From positions 96,001-160,000 of the forward strand of contig CBDCCZ010000038.1 in NCBI GenBank assembly GCA_965215005.1: 64,000 bases of DNA, given 5' to 3'. Made by a program: the position numbers and the translations under genes. The notes below the pieces were generated by a model. The model was given only the letters and a program-made list of their open reading frames with translations. It had not been told where the DNA came from and made no database searches. This document shows, piece after piece, positions 35,542 to 48,458 of this stretch. The stretch's first letter is position 1. Each line of letters begins with the position of its first letter. The DNA comes from Kofleriaceae bacterium. GTDB taxonomy: Bacteria; Myxococcota_A; Polyangia; Haliangiales; Haliangiaceae.

Positions 35542-36867
35542 TCACTTGGCTTTCGCGGGTGCCGCGAGCGACTTGCCAGTGTCGGGTGGCGCGGGCATCG
35601 AGGGCGGAAAGCCGTTGATTTGTCGCCATAGCTCGTAGGCCACGCTCACTTCATTGAGTAGCAGCCAAACCCTGGCGCGGGCGCCTTGGCGCAAGAAGCG
35701 CGATTCGGGCCACGGCTCTTCGGCCTCTGGGTCGGGTACCACCACGACACGAAAGCGACCGCTGCCGTCGGCGGACGGATCGACGAAGGCAACCTTGCCA
35801 GCAAAGGTGCCGACGGCGACGGAGGGCCAGCCGACGAACTGCACCGCAGGCCAGCCTTCGAACTGCAGGCGGACCTCGCGACCGGGCGTCACCAGCGGTG
35901 CGTCGTTGCCGTCGACCCACGCCTCGACCGCGCGCGCTTCGGTATTCGGCACCAGGGTGGCAATGACGTCGCCTTCCTTGACGTACTCCACGCCGGCTCG
36001 GCCCGTGATGCTGCCAATGATTCCGGCGCGCGGCGCGGTGATCTGCATGCTGCGCTGGCGGGCGGCGGCAGCCTCGAGCTTCTGAATGTCTTCGAGTACT
36101 TTGGTGCGATCCATCTGCAGCTTCTCGAGACTGCCGCGGGCCGACTCCACCGATGCCGCATCTTTGCTCGCGACTTGCGCGCGTTTGGCTCGTGAGGCCT
36201 CGATCTTGCGGCGCGCCGCGCGGGTTTTTGCGCGGGTCTCGACGAGCTTGTTCTTGGCTTTGCCTTCACTGGCGATGGCAAGCTCCAGCTCACGCTCGGA
36301 CGCTAGTTGTTTGTCGCGCAGCGCGCGCACCCGCTCGAGCTGTGAGCGCGCGGCTTCGTATTCGGCTTCGGCCGCGGCGACATCGCTGCCGACTGCTTCG
36401 AGCGAGTCGGTAGCGATGCCGATGTCGAGCTCGGCGCTGTCGATGGCAGCGGCGCGCGCGTCGGTGAGCGACTGAATGCGCGCTCGCGCAATGCCAATCG
36501 AGGCGTCGACCGCCTGCAGGCGCAGCGACGCGGCATCGACCTGCGCTTCGAGCCTTTGTAGGTAGTTGGGGTCGTTATCGGTAATTTCCGCGATGAGCTG
36601 GCCGGCCTCGACCTCTTGCCCTTCCTGCACGTGCCACTCGGCGATGATGCCCTTGATCGGCGCTTCGATAGCATGCTGGCGCTCTACGGGGTCGAACGCG
36701 ATGACTCGGCCGTCGGCGGAGACGGTTTGCCGCCACGGCAGGAACGTCATGCCGAGCACTATCAGGATCAGCGCACCGAGCAGCACCCGCGACACCAGCC
36801 TAACGACTTCGATGCCGCCGCACGCGTCGATCAGCGAGGGTTGGGGGAGAGAGACTCGGCGGTGCAT
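35542..36867 (-). CDS. HlyD-family membrane fusion protein
   Basis: TM then PWRQTV; IEAPIKGII...VQEGQEVEAGQ lipoyl-like half; coiled coil; ITAPRAG; VRLQFEGWPAVQF. Confidence 0.92.
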   Translation of the reverse strand: MHRRVSLPQPSLIDACGGIEVVRLVSRVLLGALILIVLGMTFLPWRQTVSADGRVIAFDPVERQHAIEAPIKGIIAEWHVQEGQEVEAGQLIAEITDNDPNYLQRLEAQVDAASLRLQAVDASIGIARARIQSLTDARAAAIDSAELDIGIATDSLEAVGSDVAAAEAEYEAARSQLERVRALRDKQLASERELELAIASEGKAKNKLVETRAKTRAARRKIEASRAKRAQVASKDAASVESARGSLEKLQMDRTKVLEDIQKLEAAAARQRSMQITAPRAGIIGSITGRAGVEYVKEGDVIATLVPNTEARAVEAWVDGNDAPLVTPGREVRLQFEGWPAVQFVGWPSVAVGTFAGKVAFVDPSADGSGRFRVVVVPDPEAEEPWPESRFLRQGARARVWLLLNEVSVAYELWRQINGFPPSMPAPPDTGKSLAAPAKAK

Positions 36868-38951
36868 CAGTTGGCTCCGGTACGGGTGGAAAGAACGCGA
36901 TCGCAACGCTCGAGCACCTCGCTGCGGCTGCTGGCGATCACGCACGTCATGCGGCCGGCGGGCTCGAAAATGGTATCGACGAGACGATTCCAGGTGGCGC
37001 CGCCAAGGCCGAGGTCATCGAGGGCTTCGTCGAGCACGAGCAGCCGGGGCGCGTGCGCCAACGCGACCGCCAGCTTCAGGCGTCGCGATTCGCGCCGCGA
37101 CAGCGGCAGGCCCGATGGCAAGAGCGGGGTTTCGATACCGGAAGGCAAGCGCTCCATGGCCTCCTCGAGCCCCACGGCCTCGAGCAGCGCGCGCGCCGAC
37201 TCGCGGTCGAGTGCGGGCGTTCGCACCCGGAGGTTGTCGAGAACGGTCGCTGCCATTAGCGGCTCGTCGCCAACGTACGCGACGTGATCGCCGAGGTCGT
37301 CGGGGTCGGCGTTGAGGACGCGGTCGTAAGTGATCTGGCCAGTGCTCGGCGGCCGGAGCCCCGCCAGGGTCTGCAGCAGTGGGGTTCGCTCGACGTCGCC
37401 GGCGTCGATGCCGACGACCTCGCCGGGCTCGATATCGGCCGAAAACCCTAGCGACGTAGAGAAGCCAGCCATGCAGACGCCAACATCGCGCGCCGACACC
37501 GCCATGGCCGCCTCGCCCAGCAGGGCTTCGCCGCCGCTCGGCTCGACCTCGAGATTGAACAGCTTGCCGATCTTGTCGAGCGCAGCGGCCAAATCGAAGG
37601 TCTTCTCTGCGAGCTGTCCAAGCTTGTTGAAGCCAACGGCAACCGCGCTCATGACCAGCTCGGCCGCCACCAGCTGGCCAAGCGTGAGCTCGCCTTTCAC
37701 GACCAGCCAGCCGCCAACCGTGAGCAGCGCGACGATCGACAGCGCGCCCACCGCCAACCCGCCGGTGAGGATGGTCATGATGTGGCTGAAGTGGTCGCGA
37801 CGCCGCTGCAAATACGCGCCCGCGCGCGAGCGCAGCTCGGCGGCGGCGAATCGACGCCCGGCATGGCCGCGAAAGCGAGGGGGATGGCGCGCAAGCTCCT
37901 CGATCCAGGCGCCCACGGAGAACTTGGCCTTTGACTCGAGCATGGCGCTGTGGGTCGCCCCGCGCGCGCGCAGGAACACGAGCGCCAAGATGATCACCAA
38001 GAACACCGCGAACACGAACAGATACGGGTGATACAGCGAGATGAGCGTGAGGCCGGCGATGGTCTGCAGCGTCACGGCGAGCCCCTCGAGCATGAGCTGC
38101 GCGCCGGCCTTCTGGACCGTGATGACATCGAAAAAGCGATTTCCGAGCTCGACCAGGTCGGTGCGGTCGCGCTCCTGGGCTGTGGTGACCGGCAGCCGAT
38201 CGGCCAGATCTTCGGCGACCCGCACCAAGAAGCGTCGCTGCAGCACTTCGACGGTGTACGCCTCGAGGGCCATCAGCACGGCGGCCAATCCAAGGCCGAG
38301 GAGCAGCGCGAGCGACAGCAAAATCAGCGGTTGCAGCACGGTGCCGAAGGCGATGGTGTTGACGAGGGTTTGGATCGCCAGCGGGGTGAGGAGCGACAAC
38401 ACGCTCACCGCCACCGCGAAGCCGACGACGGCTTTGACGTCGGCGCGCTCGAGCCGAACCAACGACCGTACCCGCTGCCACGGCGTGGAGTGCTGCTCCC
38501 CAGTGGCGTAGGCGCGCCGCGCGGACAGGATCAACCAGCTACGCGCCTCGCGACCGACGCCGAGCAGCTGGCGCCGCGTGTGCGGAACGGCGCGCTCGCC
38601 ACCGCCGGTCCACAGCCGCCGCACGCGGGGCCGCCGCTCTTGCAGGCCGGTGACGACGATCCAGCCCTCGGGAGCTCGCGCCACGGCGGCGAGCAGCCGC
38701 TCGTCGCGGAATCGCAAGACATCGGCAATCGCTTGGTCGGCGACCTCGAGGCCAAGGTGCTGCGCCGCTTCCGACACCATGGGCAATGCGTCGCCGTGAT
38801 GCTTGGCGGCCGAGAATGCGTCGACGATCGCCGAGTAGGGCAGGTGTGGCGCGACGTGCTGACAAACGTCGCGCAGCACCTCGAGGCACTGGTTGGCGGC
38901 GCCGGAGTGGGCGGCGTTTACCGGCACTTGAAGGTTCTCTGGTTCCGTCAT
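36867..38951 (-). CDS. Type I secretion-type ABC transporter with degenerate nucleotide-binding domain
   Basis: N-terminal accessory domain, ABC TMD (GELTLGQLVAAE), NBD with LLVLDEA but no GxxGxGK[ST] motif. Confidence 0.85.
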   Translation of the reverse strand: MTEPENLQVPVNAAHSGAANQCLEVLRDVCQHVAPHLPYSAIVDAFSAAKHHGDALPMVSEAAQHLGLEVADQAIADVLRFRDERLLAAVARAPEGWIVVTGLQERRPRVRRLWTGGGERAVPHTRRQLLGVGREARSWLILSARRAYATGEQHSTPWQRVRSLVRLERADVKAVVGFAVAVSVLSLLTPLAIQTLVNTIAFGTVLQPLILLSLALLLGLGLAAVLMALEAYTVEVLQRRFLVRVAEDLADRLPVTTAQERDRTDLVELGNRFFDVITVQKAGAQLMLEGLAVTLQTIAGLTLISLYHPYLFVFAVFLVIILALVFLRARGATHSAMLESKAKFSVGAWIEELARHPPRFRGHAGRRFAAAELRSRAGAYLQRRRDHFSHIMTILTGGLAVGALSIVALLTVGGWLVVKGELTLGQLVAAELVMSAVAVGFNKLGQLAEKTFDLAAALDKIGKLFNLEVEPSGGEALLGEAAMAVSARDVGVCMAGFSTSLGFSADIEPGEVVGIDAGDVERTPLLQTLAGLRPPSTGQITYDRVLNADPDDLGDHVAYVGDEPLMAATVLDNLRVRTPALDRESARALLEAVGLEEAMERLPSGIETPLLPSGLPLSRRESRRLKLAVALAHAPRLLVLDEALDDLGLGGATWNRLVDTIFEPAGRMTCVIASSRSEVLERCDRVLSTRTGAN

Positions 38952-38955
38952 TCTG

Positions 38956-38990
38956 ATTCGCGAATAAGATTACACGAAATAATTTTCGTG
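38956..38990. promoter_or_regulatory. Palindromic operator candidates in the divergent promoter
   Basis: ATTCGCGAAT (38956-38965) and CACGAAA-TAAT-TTTCGTG (38973-38990) in an AT-rich 85-bp gap. Confidence 0.6.
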
Positions 38991-39036
38991 CAACGAATTT
39001 CTGCTATGGTGTCTGCGTTGGTAAGGAGATTTCACG

Positions 39037-39351
39037 ATGGCCGCTGAATCGCTCCGGAAGGGCACCGACAGCAGCTGGACCTTTCTCAGCAACTACGCGC
39101 ACGTTTTGGTCGTGCTAGCGCGGGACAATCAGGCCCGGGCGCGCGAGATCGCGGCCGCTGTGGGCATTACCGAGCGCGCCGTTCAGCGCATCGTCGCCGA
39201 CCTCGAGACCGCCGGCGTGGTTTCCCACGACCGAGTGGGGCGGCGCAACGTGTACCAGATTCATCGCGACCGCCCGCTGCGTCACCCGCTCGAGTCGCAC
39301 CAGACAGTGGGCGAGCTGCTCGACTTGCTGCAGCCGACGCCGGAGCAGTAG
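39037..39351 (+). CDS. Winged-helix transcriptional regulator
   Basis: WTFLSNYAHVL, REIAAAVGITERAVQRIVADLE, RVGRRNVY, LRHPLE; AAGGAG SD. Confidence 0.9.
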   Translation: MAAESLRKGTDSSWTFLSNYAHVLVVLARDNQARAREIAAAVGITERAVQRIVADLETAGVVSHDRVGRRNVYQIHRDRPLRHPLESHQTVGELLDLLQPTPEQ

Positions 39352-39479
39352 CCGAAGCGCTCCGCATACGATGCGCGGAAAGGGTCGGTTTTCTGAACCC
39401 GTTCGTAGAGCTGCTTGCGGGGCGGCTCTTGCCGCCGTTGGAGGCGCCGCATCCCGTCCGACCGCGGCACCTCGGGACA

Positions 39480-40511
39480 TTACTTGCCGACGTTCGAAGA
39501 CGGGCTATCGGCGGAGTCTGCGCTTGGCAGCCGCGCTAGCAGTGTGCGCAGCCGAGCCGCATGTGTGGCGGCTTCTTCGGCGCGCTCGTAATAGCCGCCA
39601 GCCGAGCTGTTATGGCCGCGGTCGGTGGCGCTCGCGTGGAGACGCAGCAGTACCGTGTGTTGCTCCTCGAGGGCGCGCAGCGCTGCCCAGAGAGTGGACT
39701 CCACTACATCGGCCTGCATGTCGACCAAGCCGGTTTCGTGATAGGCGTGGCCAACCACGCAACGGTAGTGATCGTGAGCGCCCACGGAACGGGACCAAAG
39801 CGGGCCGCCGCACTCGGGGCAGCTGATGTCGGCGCGCTTGCCCCAACGGTCGAGCAGCTTCGCAGAGCGGCGCCCGTTGACGAGGAGGTCGAGCTCCGTC
39901 TCGATGTCCTCGGGTGCCTTGGAGCTACTCGGCTCGGGCTCTTCATTGACCAGCTTGGCGAGCAGCGGGCCGATCTGCGCCGCGGGCACGATATAGTGCG
40001 GCTCGCCGACGGCAGCGATGGCGTTGTCCGGCATGCCGGTGGCACGCGAATCTTGCGGCGACTGCACCACCGAGATGCCGCCGCTGCGATGGATGGCCGC
40101 CAGTCCGGCCGCGCCGTCGCCGAGGTTGCCGGTGAGCACGACGCCAATCGCGCGTGGGCCGGCGGCCACGGCGACTGAGCGCAGCAGCGGGTCGACCGCG
40201 GGTCGCACGCGGTTCTCGCGCGGCCCCTGCACCAGCCGCTGCCGATAATCGTCACCGAGCAACAAATGCACGTTGGGCGGCGCGACGTACACCCGCGAGG
40301 GCTTGAGTTGCTCAGCGTGTTGCGCGAACGCCACCGGCAGGGCGCTAGCGCGTCCCAGCGCGGCGGCGAGCATTGACTCCCTACGGGCGGGCTGGTGTTG
40401 GACGATGAGCACGGCCGCCTGCAAGTCCTTCGGCAGCTCGGCGAGAATTTGACTGATTGCTTCGATGCCTCCGAGCGAGGCGCCTATGGCAATGACGCGA
40501 AGTGACTGCAC
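39480..40511 (-). CDS. cheB: CheB-type methylesterase without receiver domain, with C-terminal Cys-rich motif
   Basis: GASLGG (Ser), VQHQ (His), RPAVDPLLRS, LTGNLGDG (Asp); CPECGG...YRCVVGH; AGGAG SD before GTG. Confidence 0.9.
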   Translation of the reverse strand: MQSLRVIAIGASLGGIEAISQILAELPKDLQAAVLIVQHQPARRESMLAAALGRASALPVAFAQHAEQLKPSRVYVAPPNVHLLLGDDYRQRLVQGPRENRVRPAVDPLLRSVAVAAGPRAIGVVLTGNLGDGAAGLAAIHRSGGISVVQSPQDSRATGMPDNAIAAVGEPHYIVPAAQIGPLLAKLVNEEPEPSSSKAPEDIETELDLLVNGRRSAKLLDRWGKRADISCPECGGPLWSRSVGAHDHYRCVVGHAYHETGLVDMQADVVESTLWAALRALEEQHTVLLRLHASATDRGHNSSAGGYYERAEEAATHAARLRTLLARLPSADSADSPSSNVGK

Positions 40512-40552
40512 GATGCTCCTACAGTGTGATGTTTGCCGGCCTGATTCATCGT

Positions 40553-41593
40553 CTAACCCCAAAGCTGACCGCGGCGCTTCTCGCGCACCAATATATATAG
40601 GAAGAATGGCCCCCCGATGAGGGCTGTAACCACACCGACTGGCAACTGCGCCGGGTGAATCACGATCCGCGCCAAGGTATCGCAGACGATCAGCAACGCG
40701 CCGCCAAGGAGCATCGACGCTGGCATCAACAGGCGATGGTCAGGGCCCACGAGCGCGCGCACCGCATGCGAGACGATGAGGCCGATAAAGCCGATAGGGC
40801 CCGCAAGGGAAATGCTTGCGCCGACGATGAGCGAGGCGGTCACGAAAGCAATCGTGATGACGCGCGCCGGCGCAACGCCCACCGAGGCGGCGGCATCGCT
40901 GCCGGCGGCGAGAGCGTTGAGGTCGCGGGCCACGGCCAACAGCACGGCGACGCCAAAAAGGATGGGTAGGCCGGCGCCGAGGAGCGTTCGATAGCGAATC
41001 CACTCGAGGCCGCCCATCATCCAGCGCACCATGCGCGTGATTTCGGCAAAGTCGGCGGTGTACTGCACCAGCATGGAGGCGGCGCCGCAAAACATCGCGA
41101 TGGTGATCCCCGCGAGCAATAGCGTCGCGGGCGGCAGCGACCCGGAAACGCGTGCGAGCTGCCAGACCGCGGCAATGGTAATGGCCGCACCGGCGAGCGC
41201 GGCAACGCCAATCGCGCTGGCGCCGAGAAACGTCTGCTCGAGACCGAACCGAATCGCGAGCACCGCGGCCAGCGATGAGCCGGCGGAGACGCCCAGGGTG
41301 TAGGGCTCGGCGAGGGGATTGCGCAAGGCGGCTTGAAACGCTGCGCCGGCGCCTGCGAGCCCGGCTCCGACCAGCAACGCGGCCAACACGCGGGGCAGTC
41401 GCGCACGCCAGAAGATCTGCTCGAGGAGCGGATCGCCGCCGAAGGCACCGAGGTCGAGCACCACCAGCGAGTGACCATCGGCGGCAATGCCGAGCAGCGG
41501 CGCCAGCAACGTGATCGCCGCCGTGACCAGTAGGCACAGGAGCAACGTCGTCGCCAACCGACTGCGCGTCATGCGGGCGCTCGAGGAGCTCAT
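40553..41593 (-). CDS. FecCD/BtuC-family ABC permease
   Basis: RLPRVLAALLVG, LRNPLAEPYTLGVSAG, GPIGFIGLIVSH, QLPVGVVTALIGGPFF. Confidence 0.93.
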   Translation of the reverse strand: MSSSSARMTRSRLATTLLLCLLVTAAITLLAPLLGIAADGHSLVVLDLGAFGGDPLLEQIFWRARLPRVLAALLVGAGLAGAGAAFQAALRNPLAEPYTLGVSAGSSLAAVLAIRFGLEQTFLGASAIGVAALAGAAITIAAVWQLARVSGSLPPATLLLAGITIAMFCGAASMLVQYTADFAEITRMVRWMMGGLEWIRYRTLLGAGLPILFGVAVLLAVARDLNALAAGSDAAASVGVAPARVITIAFVTASLIVGASISLAGPIGFIGLIVSHAVRALVGPDHRLLMPASMLLGGALLIVCDTLARIVIHPAQLPVGVVTALIGGPFFLYILVREKRRGQLWG

Positions 41594-41703
41594 CGCGGCG
41601 CGCCTTGGAGAGGGCCAGGCGTGGGTTGGTGGGCGGTGAAGCGAGGGGCCCCCAGGCGCGGGCCCAGGTGCGGGCGGGCAGTCGCGAGAATCGACATCGT
41701 GCG

Positions 41704-42630
41704 TCAGCGGGGCACGGCAAACGGAAGTGCGGTGCCGGGCAGCTGGCCGACATAGAGCTCGAGATCAAAGGCGCGGGTGGCGGCGGGCGAGGCCAACACC
41801 TCTGCTGGGCGGCCATCCGCGATTCGCTGACCTCTATGCAAAATGATCGCGCGGTCGGCGCAGCGGGCGGCGAGGTTGAGATCGTGGGTGATGACCACCA
41901 CGGTAGCGCCGCGTTCGCGGGTTTGAGTGGTCAATGCGGCGAGCACGGCGATGGCGTGCGCGGGGTCGAGCGCGGCGGTGGGCTCGTCGAGCAGGATCAG
42001 CTCGGTGTGCTGGCAAAACGCTTGCGCCAGAAGCGCGCGACGCTGCTCGCCGCCGGAGATGCTGTCGAAGCGCCGCTCGGCCAAATGGACGATGTCGCAG
42101 CGGTCCATGGCGGCTCGTGCGGCTTCGACATCGGCGGCGTTCTCGAGCGCCAGGAGCCCACGCCGGCGGTGCGCGTAGCGGCCCATGAGCACGACCTCGG
42201 AGACCGTGAACGGGAACGCCAGCCGATAGGTCTGCGGCACGTAGGCAAGGCGCTTTGCCAGGGCGCGGCGCTCCGTCCGCGCCGGATCGAGGCCAAACAC
42301 CCGCACCTGGCCGCGAGTTGGGGTGAGCAGGCCGCCGAGCAGGCGAAGCAGCGTGGTCTTGCCAGCGCCGTTGGCACCGACGATACAAATGAGCTCACCG
42401 GCACGCGCGCGCAGCGAGATATCGGCGACGACGGTGTTGGTCCCGTACGCAAAGCTCACGTCGGCAGCGTCGATGACGAGCGGCTCGCGGCCGGAGCCAG
42501 AAGCAACAGTGGATGGCTGCGAGGCCGAAGCGGGGAGGTGCGCAGCGCTCGGCGGCTGCCCTCGCCCCGCATCGAGACGATCGGGAAACGCGTCACGAAT
42601 CGCGCGGCGTTGGGCCGGTGCGCTCGACAT
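41704..42630 (-). CDS. FepC/BtuD-family ABC ATPase
   Basis: GANGAGKT, LAYVPQ, ISGGEQRR, LLDEPTAALD, ITHDLN. Confidence 0.93.
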   Translation of the reverse strand: MSSAPAQRRAIRDAFPDRLDAGRGQPPSAAHLPASASQPSTVASGSGREPLVIDAADVSFAYGTNTVVADISLRARAGELICIVGANGAGKTTLLRLLGGLLTPTRGQVRVFGLDPARTERRALAKRLAYVPQTYRLAFPFTVSEVVLMGRYAHRRRGLLALENAADVEAARAAMDRCDIVHLAERRFDSISGGEQRRALLAQAFCQHTELILLDEPTAALDPAHAIAVLAALTTQTRERGATVVVITHDLNLAARCADRAIILHRGQRIADGRPAEVLASPAATRAFDLELYVGQLPGTALPFAVPR

Positions 42631-42686
42631 CGCGCTTGTATAGCAGGAAGCCGGAGGCGCTCGTTGCGCACTGGAGGCGTGGGAGG

Positions 42687-43586
42687 TTAGCGCTGGGTCG
42701 TGCCGTAGAGCATCTGCTCGAGTCCCGCGAGCGCCTCGGCGATGCGCAGGTTTGGACTCAAGTACAGCGCGTCAATCGGGTAGATCTTGCGGGCATCGAC
42801 CGCCGGCACGCCGCGCAGCTCGTGCCAGGGAGCGAGGTTGTCACCCTCGCTGCTGTGTTGTTGCGAGGCGTCCAAGATCACCGTGGGGGCGGCGCGGAGG
42901 ATCTCCTCGGGCCCGAGCTTGGGATAGTGCACGCCGGCGGCGGCAATGGCGTTTTCGGCGCCGAGCAACGCCAGGAGCTGGTCGAGATAGGTGCCGGTGC
43001 CGGCGGCGATCATGCTGCCGAGGCCGCCGACCTCGCGATCGAGGACCACCAAGACCTTGGGTCGCTGGCGCGGCGGTGGCCGCTGGCGGAACCGGCGCAA
43101 GGTGGCTTCGAGGCGCGCGCTCACGGCGGCGGCGCGCTCCGGGCGCTGGGTAGCGCTGCCCAGCGCAGTCAGCGCCTCGTGCACGTCGGCTAGCGTATGC
43201 ATCGGCAGCACCAAGGTGGCGATGCCAGCATCATCTAACGGGCCGGCAACGGGGGCTTGGACGTCGCTCAGCACCACCAGATCGGGACGCAGCGCGAGAA
43301 TCACTTCGAGGTTGGCATCGAGGAACGAGCCGACCTTGGGCAGCGCGGCGACGCCCTCGGGAAGCGTGGAGAATTCGTCTACGCCCACCAAGGTCTCGAC
43401 GCCAGCGACCGCGGCGGTGAGCTCGGTGAGCGACGGCGTGGTGGTGACGATGCGGCTTGGACGGGCGGATGCGGTGGCGGGATTGGGATCTTTGCAGCTG
43501 CTCGCCAGGAGCAGGCCGAGAAGTAGGAGCCACGAACCGCCGCCCGGAGATCTGCGATGGAGCAACACGAGGGCGACGTACCGCAT
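42687..43586 (-). CDS. BtuF-like periplasmic binding lipoprotein
   Basis: Lipobox LASS-C; RIVTTTPSLTEL, LVGVD, NLEVILALRPDLV, PAVDARKIY. Confidence 0.88.
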   Translation of the reverse strand: MRYVALVLLHRRSPGGGSWLLLLGLLLASSCKDPNPATASARPSRIVTTTPSLTELTAAVAGVETLVGVDEFSTLPEGVAALPKVGSFLDANLEVILALRPDLVVLSDVQAPVAGPLDDAGIATLVLPMHTLADVHEALTALGSATQRPERAAAVSARLEATLRRFRQRPPPRQRPKVLVVLDREVGGLGSMIAAGTGTYLDQLLALLGAENAIAAAGVHYPKLGPEEILRAAPTVILDASQQHSSEGDNLAPWHELRGVPAVDARKIYPIDALYLSPNLRIAEALAGLEQMLYGTTQR

Positions 43587-43804
43587 CCGACTCGCCGGGC
43601 GCAAACGCGGCGGGACCTCCCCGCGGAGATCGGCTCGCGGGTCGCTGGAGCAACTACATGTTGGCCCTGGCATTCCTCCACAAGCGGCGGCGGATTCTGC
43701 ACAGCCTTACCCACAGCTCGGGCAAGCCGCCGGAATGGCTCGGCTCTGGCGTTGCCGCCTGCAGTTGTCCACACACAGGCCACACGTTGTTCCGCCGCGT
43801 GCGA

Positions 43805-43851
43805 ACACTAAATCTAGCGGTTAGCGCGCGACCGACCCCAAAATCTAGGGT
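43805..43851 (+). promoter_or_regulatory. Tandem NrdR boxes upstream of nrdJ
   Basis: ACACTAAATCTAGCGG (43805) and CCCCAAAATCTAGGGT (43836), 31 bp apart, match acaCwAtATaTwGtg; TTGACG at 43861. Confidence 0.85.
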
Positions 43852-44002
43852 CATTTCTCCTTGACGCACCACCACCCAGCGACGCAGATTAAGACCCAGC
43901 GGAGCTCGCCGCCCGCTTCCTTTTCTGCCGCAATTTCCATCGGATAGAGGGCCATCCGGATAGGGACCGGTGCGCCTTCCGCTCATGGGGGACCACACGC
44001 TC

Positions 44003-46846
<2,844 letters not shown>

Positions 46847-46978
46847 TCACTGGCAGGAGCACGGCGGCGAGGAGTCGCCGCTGTGCTTGCGCCTGGCGAC
46901 CGTTGCTTCGCTGCGCGTTGCAAATGGCGCGCGGCGCTGCTGTGCCACGGCGGTGCGCGCGGTAGGCTTGCCGCCGTC

Positions 46979-48007
46979 ATGGCACGGCAGCAAGCTCGCC
47001 CAACGCGCATTCTCACCGGCATCAAGCCCACCGGCAGCCCTCATCTTGGAAACCTCTTGGGCGCGATTCGGCCGGCGCTACGGCTGGCGGAAAACCACGA
47101 TCAGTTGGCGATGTACTTCATCGCCGACTATCACGCGCTCATCAGCATTCACGATCGCACGCAGCTGCAGCAGCTGACCTTCGAGGTCGCCGCGACGTGG
47201 CTCGCATTCGGGCTCGACCCGGAGCGGACGCTGTTTTATCGGCAATCGGACATTCCCGAGATCTTTGAGCTGTCGTGGGTGCTGGCGTGCATGACCTCTA
47301 AGGGCTGGATGAACAAGGCGCACGCGTACAAAGCGCGCGTCGCGGAGAATCAGGCAGCCGGCAGCGAAGACGTGGATGCCGGCGTGAGCATGGGCCTCTA
47401 CAGCTATCCGGTCCTCATGGCGGCCGATATTCTGGCGTTCGACACCGACGTCGTGCCGGTGGGCAAGGACCAAGTCCAGCATATCGAAATCGCCCGCGAC
47501 ATCGCGCAGCGCTTCAACCACGTGTTTGGTGCCGAGGTGCTCACGCCGCCGGCCGCCAGCCTCGAGGAGAATCTTGCGACCATTCCGGGCCTCGATGGTC
47601 GCAAGATGAGTAAGAGCTACGACAACACGTTGCCGCTGTTCTTGCCTGCAAAGAAATTGCGCAAGCTCGTCAACCGGATCGTCACCGATTCGCTGCCGCC
47701 CGAAGCGCCCAAAGATCCCGACAGCTCGTCGTTGTTCGCGCTGTACCGGCTACTCGCTGATAACGAGCAGACGGTGGCGATGCGCGATCGCTACCAACGC
47801 GGCGTGGGGTGGGGCGAGGTCAAGGGCGAGCTGTTCGAGCTGCTCGAAGAAGAGCTGCGCGAGCCGCGCGAGCGCTATGAAGCGCTGATGGCGGATCTTC
47901 CGCGGCTCGAGGAGCTCCTGCGAGCGGGCGCCAAGCGGGCGCGGGCCATGGCGGCAGAGGTGCTGGACCGGGTGCGGCAGGCGGCGGGGCTCGGCGGCCG
48001 GCTCTAA
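46979..48007 (+). CDS. trpS: Tryptophanyl-tRNA synthetase
   Basis: TGIKPTGSPHLGN, YPVLMAADIL, VPVGKDQVQH, KMSKS. Confidence 0.97.
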   Translation: MARQQARPTRILTGIKPTGSPHLGNLLGAIRPALRLAENHDQLAMYFIADYHALISIHDRTQLQQLTFEVAATWLAFGLDPERTLFYRQSDIPEIFELSWVLACMTSKGWMNKAHAYKARVAENQAAGSEDVDAGVSMGLYSYPVLMAADILAFDTDVVPVGKDQVQHIEIARDIAQRFNHVFGAEVLTPPAASLEENLATIPGLDGRKMSKSYDNTLPLFLPAKKLRKLVNRIVTDSLPPEAPKDPDSSSLFALYRLLADNEQTVAMRDRYQRGVGWGEVKGELFELLEEELREPRERYEALMADLPRLEELLRAGAKRARAMAAEVLDRVRQAAGLGGRL

Positions 48008-48061
48008 GGGAGCTGCGGTCAATGTTTCAACTGGGCCGGGTCGCCGGGGTAAGCTCAGGCG

Positions 48062-48418
48062 GTGGGGGATGAACGAAGGCGCTGGCCGCGGCTCAAGTCC
48101 GAGCTCGGCCTCGACATCTACGTGGTCGAGCCGCCGGAGGCGCAGCGGGTCCTCGGGACTGTCGGCAGCGACTTGAACCCCGAGGGTATTTTCGTGCGCA
48201 CCGACGACCCACCGCCGCTGGGCGCGCGGGTGCGGATCACCCTGGTCGCCGAGGGCACGGAGGGCGTTCTCAGTGCCGAAGGGCAGGTCGTAGACCGCGT
48301 GTTGCCAGGCCAAGAGGCGGCCGGACCGCCGGGGGTGGGAATCCGCCTCGAGCGCACTGGCGCTGCGTGGGGGAAGTTCTATCGGCTGCTGGTTGCGCAC
48401 TCCGTCGTTGACAGCTAA
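48062..48418 (+). CDS. PilZ-domain protein
   Basis: ERRRWPR (RxxxR), SDLNPEGIFVRT (D-x-x-x-x-G-like), GVGIRL. Confidence 0.8.
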   Translation: MGDERRRWPRLKSELGLDIYVVEPPEAQRVLGTVGSDLNPEGIFVRTDDPPPLGARVRITLVAEGTEGVLSAEGQVVDRVLPGQEAAGPPGVGIRLERTGAAWGKFYRLLVAHSVVDS

Positions 48419-48458
48419 TCCGCGGTCGGCTACGAAGCGCTCGCAACTTTGATATGCA

